Positions 20,263 through 29,580 of a stretch of DNA of 64,000 nucleotides are shown in pieces. The stretch's first letter is position 1. The number at the start of each line of letters is the position of its first letter. This DNA comes from an uncultured delta proteobacterium (GTDB lineage: Bacteria > Desulfobacterota > Binatia > DP-6): assembly GCA_963815115.1 (NCBI GenBank), contig CAWFFN010000009.1, positions 800,001 through 864,000 on the forward strand, given 5' to 3'. The position numbers were made by a program, and so were the translations under genes. Under the pieces are notes generated by a model, which was not told the DNA's origin, did not search any database, and saw only the letters and a list, made by a program, of their open reading frames with translations.

Positions 20263-21459
20263 TCAGCCCGCCGCGGCGCGCACCGCAAACCCGATCGGGA
20301 GCCGCTGCGGGCCCTGGATGCCGAGCGGCGGCCTCCAGGTCGCGCCCTCGACGACGGCCGGGCAGCCGATGCGCGCGGTGAGCGCGCCCAGCGCCTCCTG
20401 GAGCTCCGCGCGCGCGAGGGCGGCGCCGAGGCAGTAGTGCGCGCCGTGACCGAAGGTGAGGTGCGGTGTCTCGGCGCTCTGCGCCGGGTCGAGCTCCTCG
20501 GGATGCGGATACACGCGCTCGTCGTGGTTGGCGCTCGAGGCCGAGAGGAAGACGCGCTCGCCGGCCTCGAGGCGGTCGCCACCCACCGTGACGGCTTCCG
20601 CGGCCGTCCGGCCGACGCCCGTCACGGCCGGGCGGTAGCGCAGCACCTCCTCCACCGTCTCGGCGACGGTGGCGGACCCGTCCGCGAGCGCCTCCCACAG
20701 CGCGCTGCGTCCGGCAAGCGCGGCGACCATCCAGCCGAGCTGGTTCTTGGTCGTCTCGTGCCCGGCGAACACCAGGCCGGCGATGAAGCCCTGGACCTCG
20801 AAGTCGGTCCAGCTGTCCTCGCGGGCCGCGACCGCGATGCGGCTGACCAGGTCGTCGCGCGGCTCGACGCGGCGGGCGCTGGCGAGCGCGCCGGTGTAGG
20901 CCAGGAGCTGGCTGAGCGCCGCGTTCACCTCGTCGATGTGCTGGGCGACGAACGGGCTGAAGCCGAGCCCCACCGTGTCGGCCCAGTGCCGGAAGCGATC
21001 GCGGTCGTCCTGCGGGACGCCGATCAGCTCGCAGAGCCCGAGCGAGGGATACGCATCGGCGAACTCGCTCATGAACTCGCAGGACCCGCGCGCCGCGAAG
21101 CCGTCGATCAGCTCGTGCGCCGCGTCGTGCAGGAAGGGCCGCAGCCGCTCCACGCTCCGGGGGGTGAAGGTGCGTGCCATGAGCGCGCGCCATCGGAGGT
21201 GCTCCGCGCCGTCGCGGTTCAGGGGTGAAACCGCCATCCACTCGAAGAAGGGTCCGCCGGTGATGCCGAACGCGCGCAGGAAGTCGGGGAAGTTGGCGCG
21301 CAGCCGCCCGTCGCCGAGGAGCGTCCGCATGTCCTCGTAGCGCAAGACGCCGGCTCCCCCCTGGCTGTCGAGCACGGGACCGACCTCGCGCGCCCGGCGG
21401 AGCGCGCCGAAGGGGTCGTCGAGAAAGGCCTGGTCGATCTCCAGCCGGGGGCGAGCCAT
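20263..21459 (-). CDS. Cytochrome P450
   Basis: AGHETT I-helix, EEVLRY (ExxR) and FGHGAHYCLG heme motif. Confidence 0.95.
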   Translation of the reverse strand: MARPRLEIDQAFLDDPFGALRRAREVGPVLDSQGGAGVLRYEDMRTLLGDGRLRANFPDFLRAFGITGGPFFEWMAVSPLNRDGAEHLRWRALMARTFTPRSVERLRPFLHDAAHELIDGFAARGSCEFMSEFADAYPSLGLCELIGVPQDDRDRFRHWADTVGLGFSPFVAQHIDEVNAALSQLLAYTGALASARRVEPRDDLVSRIAVAAREDSWTDFEVQGFIAGLVFAGHETTKNQLGWMVAALAGRSALWEALADGSATVAETVEEVLRYRPAVTGVGRTAAEAVTVGGDRLEAGERVFLSASSANHDERVYPHPEELDPAQSAETPHLTFGHGAHYCLGAALARAELQEALGALTARIGCPAVVEGATWRPPLGIQGPQRLPIGFAVRAAAG

Positions 21460-21510
21460 CGCGCTGTCCTCCTGTCCGGACGTCGTTCTAGTGACGGCGC
21501 ACTGCGAGGG

Positions 21511-22257
21511 TCAACCGGGAGGCTCTTCCGGACCGCCGCTCGCGACGGCTCCCTCGTCCAGCCGCCCCGGGATGCGCACCTCGCGGACGATGCGGCCGTC
21601 CCGCATCTCCACGGTGCGATCGCCGTACATGGCCGCCGCCACGTTGTGCGTCACCATCACGACGGTGACCCGCTCGACCCGGCTGAGTGCGCCGATGAGA
21701 TCGAGGATCGTCTGACCCGTGTGCGTGTCCAGGTTGCCCGTCGGCTCGTCGGCGAGGAGGATCGACGGACGGGTGACGATGGCGCGCGCGATGGCCACCC
21801 GCTGCTGCTCTCCGCCGGACAGCTCGCCCGGATAGCGCCGCTCGCGGCCGGCCGCACCGACCCGGCGCAGCGCGTCCGCGGTGCGATGGCGAACGTCGGC
21901 CGTGGCGCAGCCGGAGAACTCGAGCGGCCACGCCACGTTCTCCGCGACGGTCAGGGCCGGGATCAGGTTGAAGGCCTGGAAGACGAAGCCGACCTTCCGC
22001 AGGCGCAGGTCCGCGAGCTGATGGTCGGCGAGGGCGGCGAGGCTCGTGCCCTCGACGACGACCTCACCCGTCTCCGGCGTGTCGAGACCGGCCATGAGGT
22101 TCAGGAGCGTCGTCTTGCCGGATCCGCTCGGTCCCATCACGGAGACGAAGTCGCCCTTCCCGACCTCGAGATCGAGGCGCGCGAGCGCCCGGGTGGCATG
22201 CCGTCCCGAGCCGTAGGTCTTCGTGACGGCCGACAGCCGGATGGCGACGTCGCTCAT
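21511..22257 (-). CDS. ABC transporter ATP-binding protein (LolD/MacB-type)
   Basis: [22 protein letters not shown] and DEPTGNLD motifs. Confidence 0.95.
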   Translation of the reverse strand: MSDVAIRLSAVTKTYGSGRHATRALARLDLEVGKGDFVSVMGPSGSGKTTLLNLMAGLDTPETGEVVVEGTSLAALADHQLADLRLRKVGFVFQAFNLIPALTVAENVAWPLEFSGCATADVRHRTADALRRVGAAGRERRYPGELSGGEQQRVAIARAIVTRPSILLADEPTGNLDTHTGQTILDLIGALSRVERVTVVMVTHNVAAAMYGDRTVEMRDGRIVREVRIPGRLDEGAVASGGPEEPPG

Positions 22258-22558
22258 CGGCGCAGCAGTCCGGGCAGCAGGTGCAGGAACGTCGTCTCCT
22301 CGAGGTCCCGGCTCGCGATGGCGCTGCGAGCAGTTTCGATTCGCACGTCGCTTAGTGTGCGCGCTCCGGCGCTGTCAAGCCGAATCGTGTCGACGATCGT
22401 TCTGTGCAGCGCACGTACCCGTGGTTCGACGCGCCGGGCGAAGGAGCGGCACGAATCGCGGCGGCGGCCGCGGAGCAATCGTGGTGAACGTCGAGCGGGA
22501 AATCGATGCCCACCATGCAGTGGCCTGCTGTACCGTGATCTAGGTAGCATGCATAGCA

Positions 22559-22588
22559 TTGACAAATTGCTGCCGAGCAGCGTATCGC
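22559..22588 (+). promoter_or_regulatory. Possible sigma-70 promoter of the PadR gene
   Basis: TTGACA at 22559-22564 in an AT-richer patch; only a weak -10 (TATCGC). Confidence 0.3.
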
Positions 22589-22653
22589 TGGTGCGAGGCG
22601 ACACGCGCGCGCCTGGCAGGCGACCTGACACGAGCCAACGAGGGGGATCGGCC

Positions 22654-23277
22654 ATGACGTTGCTCTTGCGATCGGCGGAGGCAGCACCCGGCGCCAGCCC
22701 GAGGCGGCGCGAGCATCCGGCAGTGGCGCTCGAACGCGCGACGCTGGCGATCCTCGCGGAGGAGCCGAGCCACGGGTATGCCATCCTGGCGAAGCTGGAG
22801 AAGCGCATCGGCGGCGTGTGCGGCATCAGCTACGGCCAGGTCTACCGGATGCTCGCCGCCCTCGAGCGCAGGGGGCTCGTGGTCGGGCATGCCGTGCAGG
22901 TCGCACGTCGGCCGACCCGGAGGGTATACGCCCTCAGCGACGCGGGCCGGCAGGACGTGCAGCGCTGGCTGACGGAAGCGCCGTCACGCACGCTGTTCTT
23001 CGGGACGGAGTTCTACCTCCGCCTGCCCTTTCTCTCCGCACTCGACAGCGAGACGCGGGAGGAGGTGCTGGGACAGCAGGTGCGTCAGTGCCGGGAACAT
23101 CTGGCGATGCTGCTCCACCGGTGCCAGGCCGCGCACCGGACGGACAACGAGGGTGTGGCGCAGCGGCTGGTGCTCGAGGCGGCCGTCCTGCACAGCAAGG
23201 CCGACCTCGAGATGCTGGAACGCTGCCGGGCCGAGCTTCCGATCGCCGGCGAAGACGCCGGCGGGACGCGGCCCTAG
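22654..23277 (+). CDS. PadR family transcriptional regulator
   Basis: LAILAEEPSHGY, SYGQVYRMLAALE, RRVYALSDAGR and C-terminal helices; GAGGGGG RBS. Confidence 0.85.
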   Translation: MTLLLRSAEAAPGASPRRREHPAVALERATLAILAEEPSHGYAILAKLEKRIGGVCGISYGQVYRMLAALERRGLVVGHAVQVARRPTRRVYALSDAGRQDVQRWLTEAPSRTLFFGTEFYLRLPFLSALDSETREEVLGQQVRQCREHLAMLLHRCQAAHRTDNEGVAQRLVLEAAVLHSKADLEMLERCRAELPIAGEDAGGTRP

Positions 23278-23488
23278 CGACGAGACCCGGCCCGGGACGC
23301 CGACATCTCGGCGCCAGTGCCGGCGTCAGGCGTCATCACGCGCGTCACCGTCGAAGCAGCATCCCCGGCACCTTGATTCGGCGGAGGCAGCAGCGGAGGC
23401 TCGCTGCCGGGGCGGCGTGGCGCGAGGATTGCACGAGCTGCGGGACGCGAGGGAAGCCCGCTGCGCACACCCGAAAGGAGCGGGGGTC

Positions 23489-24400
23489 ATGACACGGACT
23501 GGCAAGGAGGAATCGAGCGATCGCCCGGGCGGTCGACTCGTATGGTTCGTCACCGGGGCGTCGCGCGGGTTCGGGCTGGAGATCGCCCGTCAGGCGCTGG
23601 AGCGCGGCGACGCGGTCGTCGCCACGGCACGCGATCCGGAGCGGATCGAGAAGAACCTGGCGGGAAACGCGGCGTCGCTCCTCGCCATCGCGCTCGACGT
23701 CACCGACGAGACGCAGGCGCGTGCGGCCGCGTCGCAGGCCGTCGACCGCTTCGGTCGCATCGACGTCCTCGTCAACAACGCCGGACGCGGGCTCCTCGGG
23801 GCGGTGGAAGAGGCTTCGGCCGGAGAGGTCCGCGCCGTGTTCGACACCAACGTGTTCGGGCTGCTGACCGTCACGCGCGCCGTGCTGCCGGTGATGCGCC
23901 GGCAGAAGTCCGGTCGGGTGCTGAACATCAGCTCGGTGGGCGGGTTCTCCTCCAGTGCCGGCTGGGGCGTCTATTGCGCGACCAAATTCGCGGTGGAGGG
24001 GCTGAGCGAGGCCATGCAAGCCGAGCTCGCCCCTCTCGGGATCGCGGTCACCGTCGTGGAGCCCGGAACGTTCCGCACCGACTTCCTCGACGCCAGCTCG
24101 CTCGCGCGGGTTGCGCGCCCGATCGAGGACTACGGAGCCACGGCGGGCAAGACGCGCGCCTGGGCCGACGACACCAACCACGCGCAGCTCGGCGATCCGG
24201 TCAAGGCGGCCGCGGCGATGATCGCGATCGCGACCATCGCCGATCCGCCCGTGCGGGTGCAGCTCGGCGCCGACTGCGTGGCCCGGGTCGAGGGCAAGCT
24301 CGCCACCGTCGCGCGCGAGCTCGAGCGCTGGCGAGCGCTGGCCCTGTCCACCGCGCACGACGACGTGCGAGACCCCAGGGCAGCCGGAGTGCCGATGTAG
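23489..24400 (+). CDS. Short-chain dehydrogenase/reductase
   Basis: VTGASRGFG, NNAG and YCATK catalytic motifs. Confidence 0.95.
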   Translation: MTRTGKEESSDRPGGRLVWFVTGASRGFGLEIARQALERGDAVVATARDPERIEKNLAGNAASLLAIALDVTDETQARAAASQAVDRFGRIDVLVNNAGRGLLGAVEEASAGEVRAVFDTNVFGLLTVTRAVLPVMRRQKSGRVLNISSVGGFSSSAGWGVYCATKFAVEGLSEAMQAELAPLGIAVTVVEPGTFRTDFLDASSLARVARPIEDYGATAGKTRAWADDTNHAQLGDPVKAAAAMIAIATIADPPVRVQLGADCVARVEGKLATVARELERWRALALSTAHDDVRDPRAAGVPM

Positions 24401-24485
24401 CTCTGGTGGGCGTCCTCGTCGGCCGTCGATCGCGGTGAGCCGGCGACGCGTCGGACGCGCCGCCGGCCCATGCGGGCTCTTCACC

Positions 24486-25781
24486 TCAGTTGTCGAGACA
24501 GCCGCAGATCACCGATTTGCCGGTCTGGAACGTCTTGCATGACTGTCCGGGAGGACAGCCGCCGCTGCAGAATCCCGCGGTGCCGAAGCCACACGCTGGC
24601 GGGGTAGTGCAGCGGCACTCCGCCCCGGTCACCTGACAGATCGTGCCCGGAGGGCAGGCGCCGCCGCAGGCGTGGCTCGCGTCGAAGCCGCACGGGTTGA
24701 GACATCCGCAGTTGTTGGCGGAGTCCGGCGCGCAGGTGCCGCCACCTGGACAGGGGCCGCCGCACTGGCCGGAGGCCGGGTCGATGGAGCACGGCGGCGG
24801 TCCGCAGACGCAGCCGTTGGTGCTGAGATGGCAGGTGCCGGGCGCCGCGCCGGTCGCCGCGCAGGAGCCGCTGCACGCGCCGGTGACCGGATCCTGGTGA
24901 CACGGCGCAGGCACGCAGGTGCACGGCTGTCCCGCGACCGTGCTCTGAACGCAGCTGTCCGCCGGATTCGGGCAGGTTCCTCCGCAGACTCCCGCCGCAT
25001 TCTGGCCGCACAGGTTCGTCGGGATGGGTCCGCACCGGCAGTTGCCTGTCGTGTCGGTCTGGCAGGTCTGGGTCGGGTCGCTGCAGGTTCCGCCGCAGCT
25101 GCCGTTCAGAGGATTGTTACCGCAGGGCGGAGGCGGCACTTGCCCGCAACCGCAGGTGGGCTTGCCGGTGGTCGAGGTGGACAGCTGGCACACCTGAGCG
25201 GGGTCGGGACAGGCGCCGCCGCACGCTCCGCCCTTGTCGGGCTGGCCGCCGCAGGGCAGGGGCTGGCAGGTGCACTGGCCGGTCGCTGCTGCCTGCTTGC
25301 AGGTTGCACCCGCCGGGCACACGCCACCGCAGCGCGGCGCCCCGGTCTCGCCACAGCGAACCGGCAGCTTCACGGCCGGGACGCAGACCTTCGTCGGCTT
25401 GTACTTCTGCTCGATGCGGACGCCGAACTGATCCGCCACCTTCTTGGCGGGCGGCACCACGCCTGCCGGACACTTGGCCAGGTAGCAGATGTAGTCCTGA
25501 CGGAGCGGCTGTCCCACGAGATTGGGCGCACCGGGCTGGGGCTGGACGTTCTGCTTCGTGGCCGGGACACAGAACTCGATCGGCTTCACCAGCCTGCAGT
25601 CGCGCTGCGAGAACTCCGGCTGCAGGTCGGCGATCATGTCGACGGCGGCGGCGATCTGCGCGCCGTCGACCATCTTGTAGCAGATGAGATGATCCGCCTT
25701 CCCGGCGGCGCACGTCACGCGCGCACCGGCGACGGCTGCGACGAGACCGACCACGATCGCGATCAGACGCCTCGGCTGCAT
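24486..25781 (-). CDS. Secreted cysteine-rich repeat protein
   Basis: Signal peptide, N-terminal HLICY/YICY-DQFG-CVPA module, then about eight CxGxCP...C...CxC repeats. Confidence 0.8.
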   Translation of the reverse strand: MQPRRLIAIVVGLVAAVAGARVTCAAGKADHLICYKMVDGAQIAAAVDMIADLQPEFSQRDCRLVKPIEFCVPATKQNVQPQPGAPNLVGQPLRQDYICYLAKCPAGVVPPAKKVADQFGVRIEQKYKPTKVCVPAVKLPVRCGETGAPRCGGVCPAGATCKQAAATGQCTCQPLPCGGQPDKGGACGGACPDPAQVCQLSTSTTGKPTCGCGQVPPPPCGNNPLNGSCGGTCSDPTQTCQTDTTGNCRCGPIPTNLCGQNAAGVCGGTCPNPADSCVQSTVAGQPCTCVPAPCHQDPVTGACSGSCAATGAAPGTCHLSTNGCVCGPPPCSIDPASGQCGGPCPGGGTCAPDSANNCGCLNPCGFDASHACGGACPPGTICQVTGAECRCTTPPACGFGTAGFCSGGCPPGQSCKTFQTGKSVICGCLDN

Positions 25782-26080
25782 GATGCTCTCCTCTCTCAGG
25801 TCGGATACCGACCTTCCATGGCGGCGCATCGGAGCCGGACGGTCCCTGCGAGCCCGGTTCCGGCCGCAGTGTCACGCCCCCGTACCACGGTCTGGCTAGA
25901 TCTGCCAGGACTTTCTCATGATTGCCTAGTTGCTTGCTTCCATGGCTCGGGAGGCCTCGGCGAGTGGCAGGGAGCGGCAACAAACGGCTGGCAGATGGAG
26001 GACTGGCGTTGACACGTGAAGGCGGTGACGGGTAAGGCTCGACGCGCCATCCTCCGACCGCGCTTCCGGAGACCCATCCC

Positions 26081-27409
26081 ATGCACGTCCGACTCGCCAT
26101 CGCCGTCCTGCTGCTCCTCCCTCATCTGGCTGCCGCGGAGGGGCTGACCGTCCTCACGGTCGACAAGGTCGCGGTCTTCAAGGACGGACGGGGAACGGTC
26201 CGGGTCGGGCGCGACCCTCGGCTCGCCAGCCCGGCCCCGCCGACCTGCCCGACCACGTCCCGGATCGAGCTGTCGTCCTATCCCGAGGCCACCCAGCGCG
26301 TCCTCGTGACGACGAAGGTGGAGCTCGACTGCGCCAAGTGGAAGAAGAAGGCGGCCGGCTTCGTCTACGACGATCCGGCGGCGAACGGTGGCGTGCGCGC
26401 GATCCGGTACGGCCGCAAGGGCCTGGTGATCCGCTTCGAGGGGAGCCAGCCGACGGGACCGGTGGGCTACCTGCAGGCCTGGCTGACCGTCGGGTCCACC
26501 CGCTTCAACGCCCGCTTCCACAACTTCGCGCGTAACGAGGCCGGAGCGCTCGTCACCCGCAAGCCGTCCCGGGCAGCGGCGACGGGCGAGAGGGCCTTCT
26601 GGGCGGTCCTGCACCGCGACTGGTCCACGTCGGCGCAGAAGGCCGATCTGGAGGCCAGCGCGCTCGAGCTCCTCACGCGCGCGGCGAAGCGCGACAAGCG
26701 GGACGGCTGGTCACGCTTCCTCCTCGCCATGACCCATCTGTATCGCTTCGCGCAGGCGACCGAACGCTACGATCGGACCAGCGACTTCGCGCGCGGCGAG
26801 ATCGAGGCCGCGCACGCGTCGTTCCAGGATGCCCTGCCGCTGGTGTGGAACGGCACCGTGGGGGATTCTCGCGTGCCCGGCTTCGCCGCCGGCGCCACCT
26901 TCGTCCTGGGCGTCGTGCGCGGCGACCCGGCGCTCCAGGCGCAGGGGCTGGCCGAGCTCGACGCCGCCTTCCGGCTGAACCCGTTCTTCAACGTGTTCGA
27001 CTACATCCCGGTGGCACAGGCGCTGCCGGCATTGGATCCACGCTTCCAGGGAGTCTTCGACAAGGTGAGCGGCTACCTGAGCGATCCGGGTACGCTCCAG
27101 TGCGTCGTCACCCAGCCGGAGATCTGCAACGACGTCGGCTATGCGCCGCGCAACACGCCGGGGTCGCTGGCGCTCTTCGGCGACGTCGACGCCAAGGGCG
27201 GCGACGTCGACGGCGCGGAGATGTGGTACGGTCTCGCGCTCGCGCTCGCGCGGGGCGGCAGCCCGCCCTATCCCTTCCTTCCGGCGCTCGAGCTGCGGAC
27301 CACGACTGTGGCGGAGCGCATCGCGCTCTTCCGCGACGCCGATCCCGGCAACGATCCGACCGTCATCGGCACCGGCTCCGAGGCCTGTGCCGCCTGCCAC
27401 AATCGCTGA
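26081..27409 (+). CDS. Secreted helical protein with a C-terminal CxxCH (putative heme c site)
   Basis: Signal peptide (LAAA-EG), TPR-like helices, ends SEACAACHNR. Confidence 0.75.
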   Translation: MHVRLAIAVLLLLPHLAAAEGLTVLTVDKVAVFKDGRGTVRVGRDPRLASPAPPTCPTTSRIELSSYPEATQRVLVTTKVELDCAKWKKKAAGFVYDDPAANGGVRAIRYGRKGLVIRFEGSQPTGPVGYLQAWLTVGSTRFNARFHNFARNEAGALVTRKPSRAAATGERAFWAVLHRDWSTSAQKADLEASALELLTRAAKRDKRDGWSRFLLAMTHLYRFAQATERYDRTSDFARGEIEAAHASFQDALPLVWNGTVGDSRVPGFAAGATFVLGVVRGDPALQAQGLAELDAAFRLNPFFNVFDYIPVAQALPALDPRFQGVFDKVSGYLSDPGTLQCVVTQPEICNDVGYAPRNTPGSLALFGDVDAKGGDVDGAEMWYGLALALARGGSPPYPFLPALELRTTTVAERIALFRDADPGNDPTVIGTGSEACAACHNR

Positions 27410-27500
27410 CGCCCGGCCGCCCGCGCGCCACGCTCCCGGCACTCCCGCTGGCACCCCCACGTGCCTTGAACGGGCTCGCCGGCTGGGGTCTGCTCGGCGC

Positions 27501-28922
27501 GTGACCGCCGCGGCGCTGCACTGGTTCACCAGCGATCTCAGGGTGCACGACAACGCCGCGCTCGCCGAGGCCGGCCGTGCGGGGACCGTCGCCGGCGTCT
27601 TCGTGCTCAACCCCGCGCTGCTCGAGCGTCACGCGCGAGCGCCCCGGCGGATCGCGTTCATGTACGCCTGTCTGCACGCGCTCGACGCCGGCCTGCGCGC
27701 GCTGGGCTCGCGGCTGGTCGTCGTCGAGGGCGATCCGGTCTTCGAGCTGCCACGGCTGGCCGCGACCCTCGGGGCCGGCATGGTCAGCCACGCGCACAAT
27801 CACGAGCCGGCGGCGCGAGCGCGCGAGGCGCGCGTCGCGCGGGCGCTCGAGCGTGACGGGGTGGACGTGCGCGCAGCCGAGGCGGCTCTCGTGCAGCCGC
27901 CCGGGACCCTCACCACCGGCGGCGGAGGCGCCTATCAGGTGTTCAGCGCGTACGCCCGCGTCTGGGAAGGAGTCGACGCGCCGGCAGCGGTGCCCGTGCC
28001 GCGCCAGTGGGCGGCGGCGTCGGCCCTGCGCGGCGTCGGCGCCGGCGTGCCCGAGGTGCCGGCCGGCTTCGAGCTGCCGCCGTCGGGGGAGGACGCCGCC
28101 CGCAAGCGCCTCGACGCCTTCCTGCGCGACCGGGTCCGGCGCTATCCCGAGACGCGCGATCTCCCGGGGCTCGACGCCACCTCGCGCCTCTCGCCCCACC
28201 TGCGCTGGGGTACCATCTCGGGCGCCGAGGCGGTTCGCCGGGCGCGCGCCGCCGCTCTGCGCGATCCGGCGCTGCGCGAGGGAGTCCGCGTGTGGACGCG
28301 CCAGCTCGCCTGGCGCGACTTCTATGCCCAGCTCCTGGCCGCGCACCCGTCGATGGCGCGCGAGCCGCTGCGGCCGATGCGTGTCCGCTGGCGCCGCGAC
28401 GAGCGGGCCTTCCGGCGCTGGCAGGAGGGGCTCACCGGTGTTCCACTGGTCGACGCCGGCATGCGCGAGCTGCGTGCGACGGGCTTCATGCACAACCGTC
28501 CCCGCATGATCGTCGGCTCCTACCTCACCAAGCACCTCCTCCTCGACTGGCGCCTCGGGGAGGCGCACTTCATGGCCGAGCTGATCGACGGCCAGCTGTC
28601 GCAGAACAACGGCAACTGGCAGTGGGTCGCCGGGACGGGCGCCGATGCGCAGCCGTTCCATCGCATCTTCTCGCCGCTCCGTCAGGGCGAGCGCTTCGAC
28701 CCCGAGGGAACCTACGTGAAGCGGTGGCTCCCGGAGCTGTCGAAGGTTCCTCCCAAGCTGATCCAGCAGCCGTGGGCGCTGGCGCCGATGGAGCGCCGCA
28801 TGCTGTGTCCCGACTATCCGCCGCCGCTGGTCGATCTCGACGCGGGGCGCGCGCGTGCACTGGCGGCGTTCGAGGACGCGCGCAGCCGGGCTGCGGGCTC
28901 GCGGCCCGGGCGGCGATCCTGA
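27501..28922 (+). CDS. phrB: Deoxyribodipyrimidine photolyase (class I)
   Basis: WFTSDLRVHDN, TSRLSPHLRWG, TGVPLVDAGMRELRATGFMHNR and NNGNWQW motifs; GTG start. Confidence 0.92.
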   Translation: MTAAALHWFTSDLRVHDNAALAEAGRAGTVAGVFVLNPALLERHARAPRRIAFMYACLHALDAGLRALGSRLVVVEGDPVFELPRLAATLGAGMVSHAHNHEPAARAREARVARALERDGVDVRAAEAALVQPPGTLTTGGGGAYQVFSAYARVWEGVDAPAAVPVPRQWAAASALRGVGAGVPEVPAGFELPPSGEDAARKRLDAFLRDRVRRYPETRDLPGLDATSRLSPHLRWGTISGAEAVRRARAAALRDPALREGVRVWTRQLAWRDFYAQLLAAHPSMAREPLRPMRVRWRRDERAFRRWQEGLTGVPLVDAGMRELRATGFMHNRPRMIVGSYLTKHLLLDWRLGEAHFMAELIDGQLSQNNGNWQWVAGTGADAQPFHRIFSPLRQGERFDPEGTYVKRWLPELSKVPPKLIQQPWALAPMERRMLCPDYPPPLVDLDAGRARALAAFEDARSRAAGSRPGRRS

Positions 28923-28988
28923 TCGTGTGACGCGACGACGCCGCCGCATTGTGGCGTCGCGTGCGCGACTGGGCTACGACCGTCACGC

Positions 28989-29543
28989 ATGGGACAGGTC
29001 TACGACGCCATCGACGATCGGACGGCGGCCTTCATCGCCGCGCAGCGCGTGTATTTCGTCGCCACCGCGCCACTGGCCGCGGACGGTCACGTGAACCTGT
29101 CGCCCAAGGGCCTCGACACCTTCGCCGTGCTCGATCCCCACACGGTGGCCTACCTCGATCTCACCGGCAGCGGCGTCGAGACCATCGCGCACCTGCGCGA
29201 GAACGGCCGCATCACCATCTGCTTCGCCGCCTTCGAGGGGCCGCCCAAGATCGTCCGCCTCTACGGCCGTGGTACCGTCATCGCCGCGGGCGATGCCGAG
29301 TTCGCGGCGCTCGCAGCGCGCTTCCCCGCGTACATCGGTGCGCGGTCGGTGATCCGCGTGACCGTCGAGCGCGTCGCCGACTCGTGCGGCTACGCCGTCC
29401 CGGAGTACGCCTTCGTGCGAGAGCGCCAGCAGCTGGTGCAGTGGGCGGAGCGCAAGGGGCTCGATGGCGTGCGCACGTACCAGGACGAGCGCAACGGCGC
29501 CAGCATCGACGGACTGCCCGGGCTGCATGGCTCCCGCGGGTGA
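28989..29543 (+). CDS. Pyridoxamine 5'-phosphate oxidase family FMN-binding protein
   Basis: FVATAP, VNLSPKG, TGSGVETIAHL and SCGYAVP motifs. Confidence 0.88.
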   Translation: MGQVYDAIDDRTAAFIAAQRVYFVATAPLAADGHVNLSPKGLDTFAVLDPHTVAYLDLTGSGVETIAHLRENGRITICFAAFEGPPKIVRLYGRGTVIAAGDAEFAALAARFPAYIGARSVIRVTVERVADSCGYAVPEYAFVRERQQLVQWAERKGLDGVRTYQDERNGASIDGLPGLHGSRG

Positions 29544-29580
29544 GCGCACGCGGAGCGTCCCGACGCGCGCGGGGTGCGCG

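Noticed and set aside
22254-22553. Short ORF overlapping the ABC ATPase start (ATGA)
   Set aside because: Arg-rich, no TM segments and no recognisable family; too weak to call
24500-25350. Repetitive DNA suggesting a CRISPR or tandem array
   Set aside because: The repeats are degenerate in-frame Cys-rich protein repeats; no identical repeat-spacer pattern or cas genes are present
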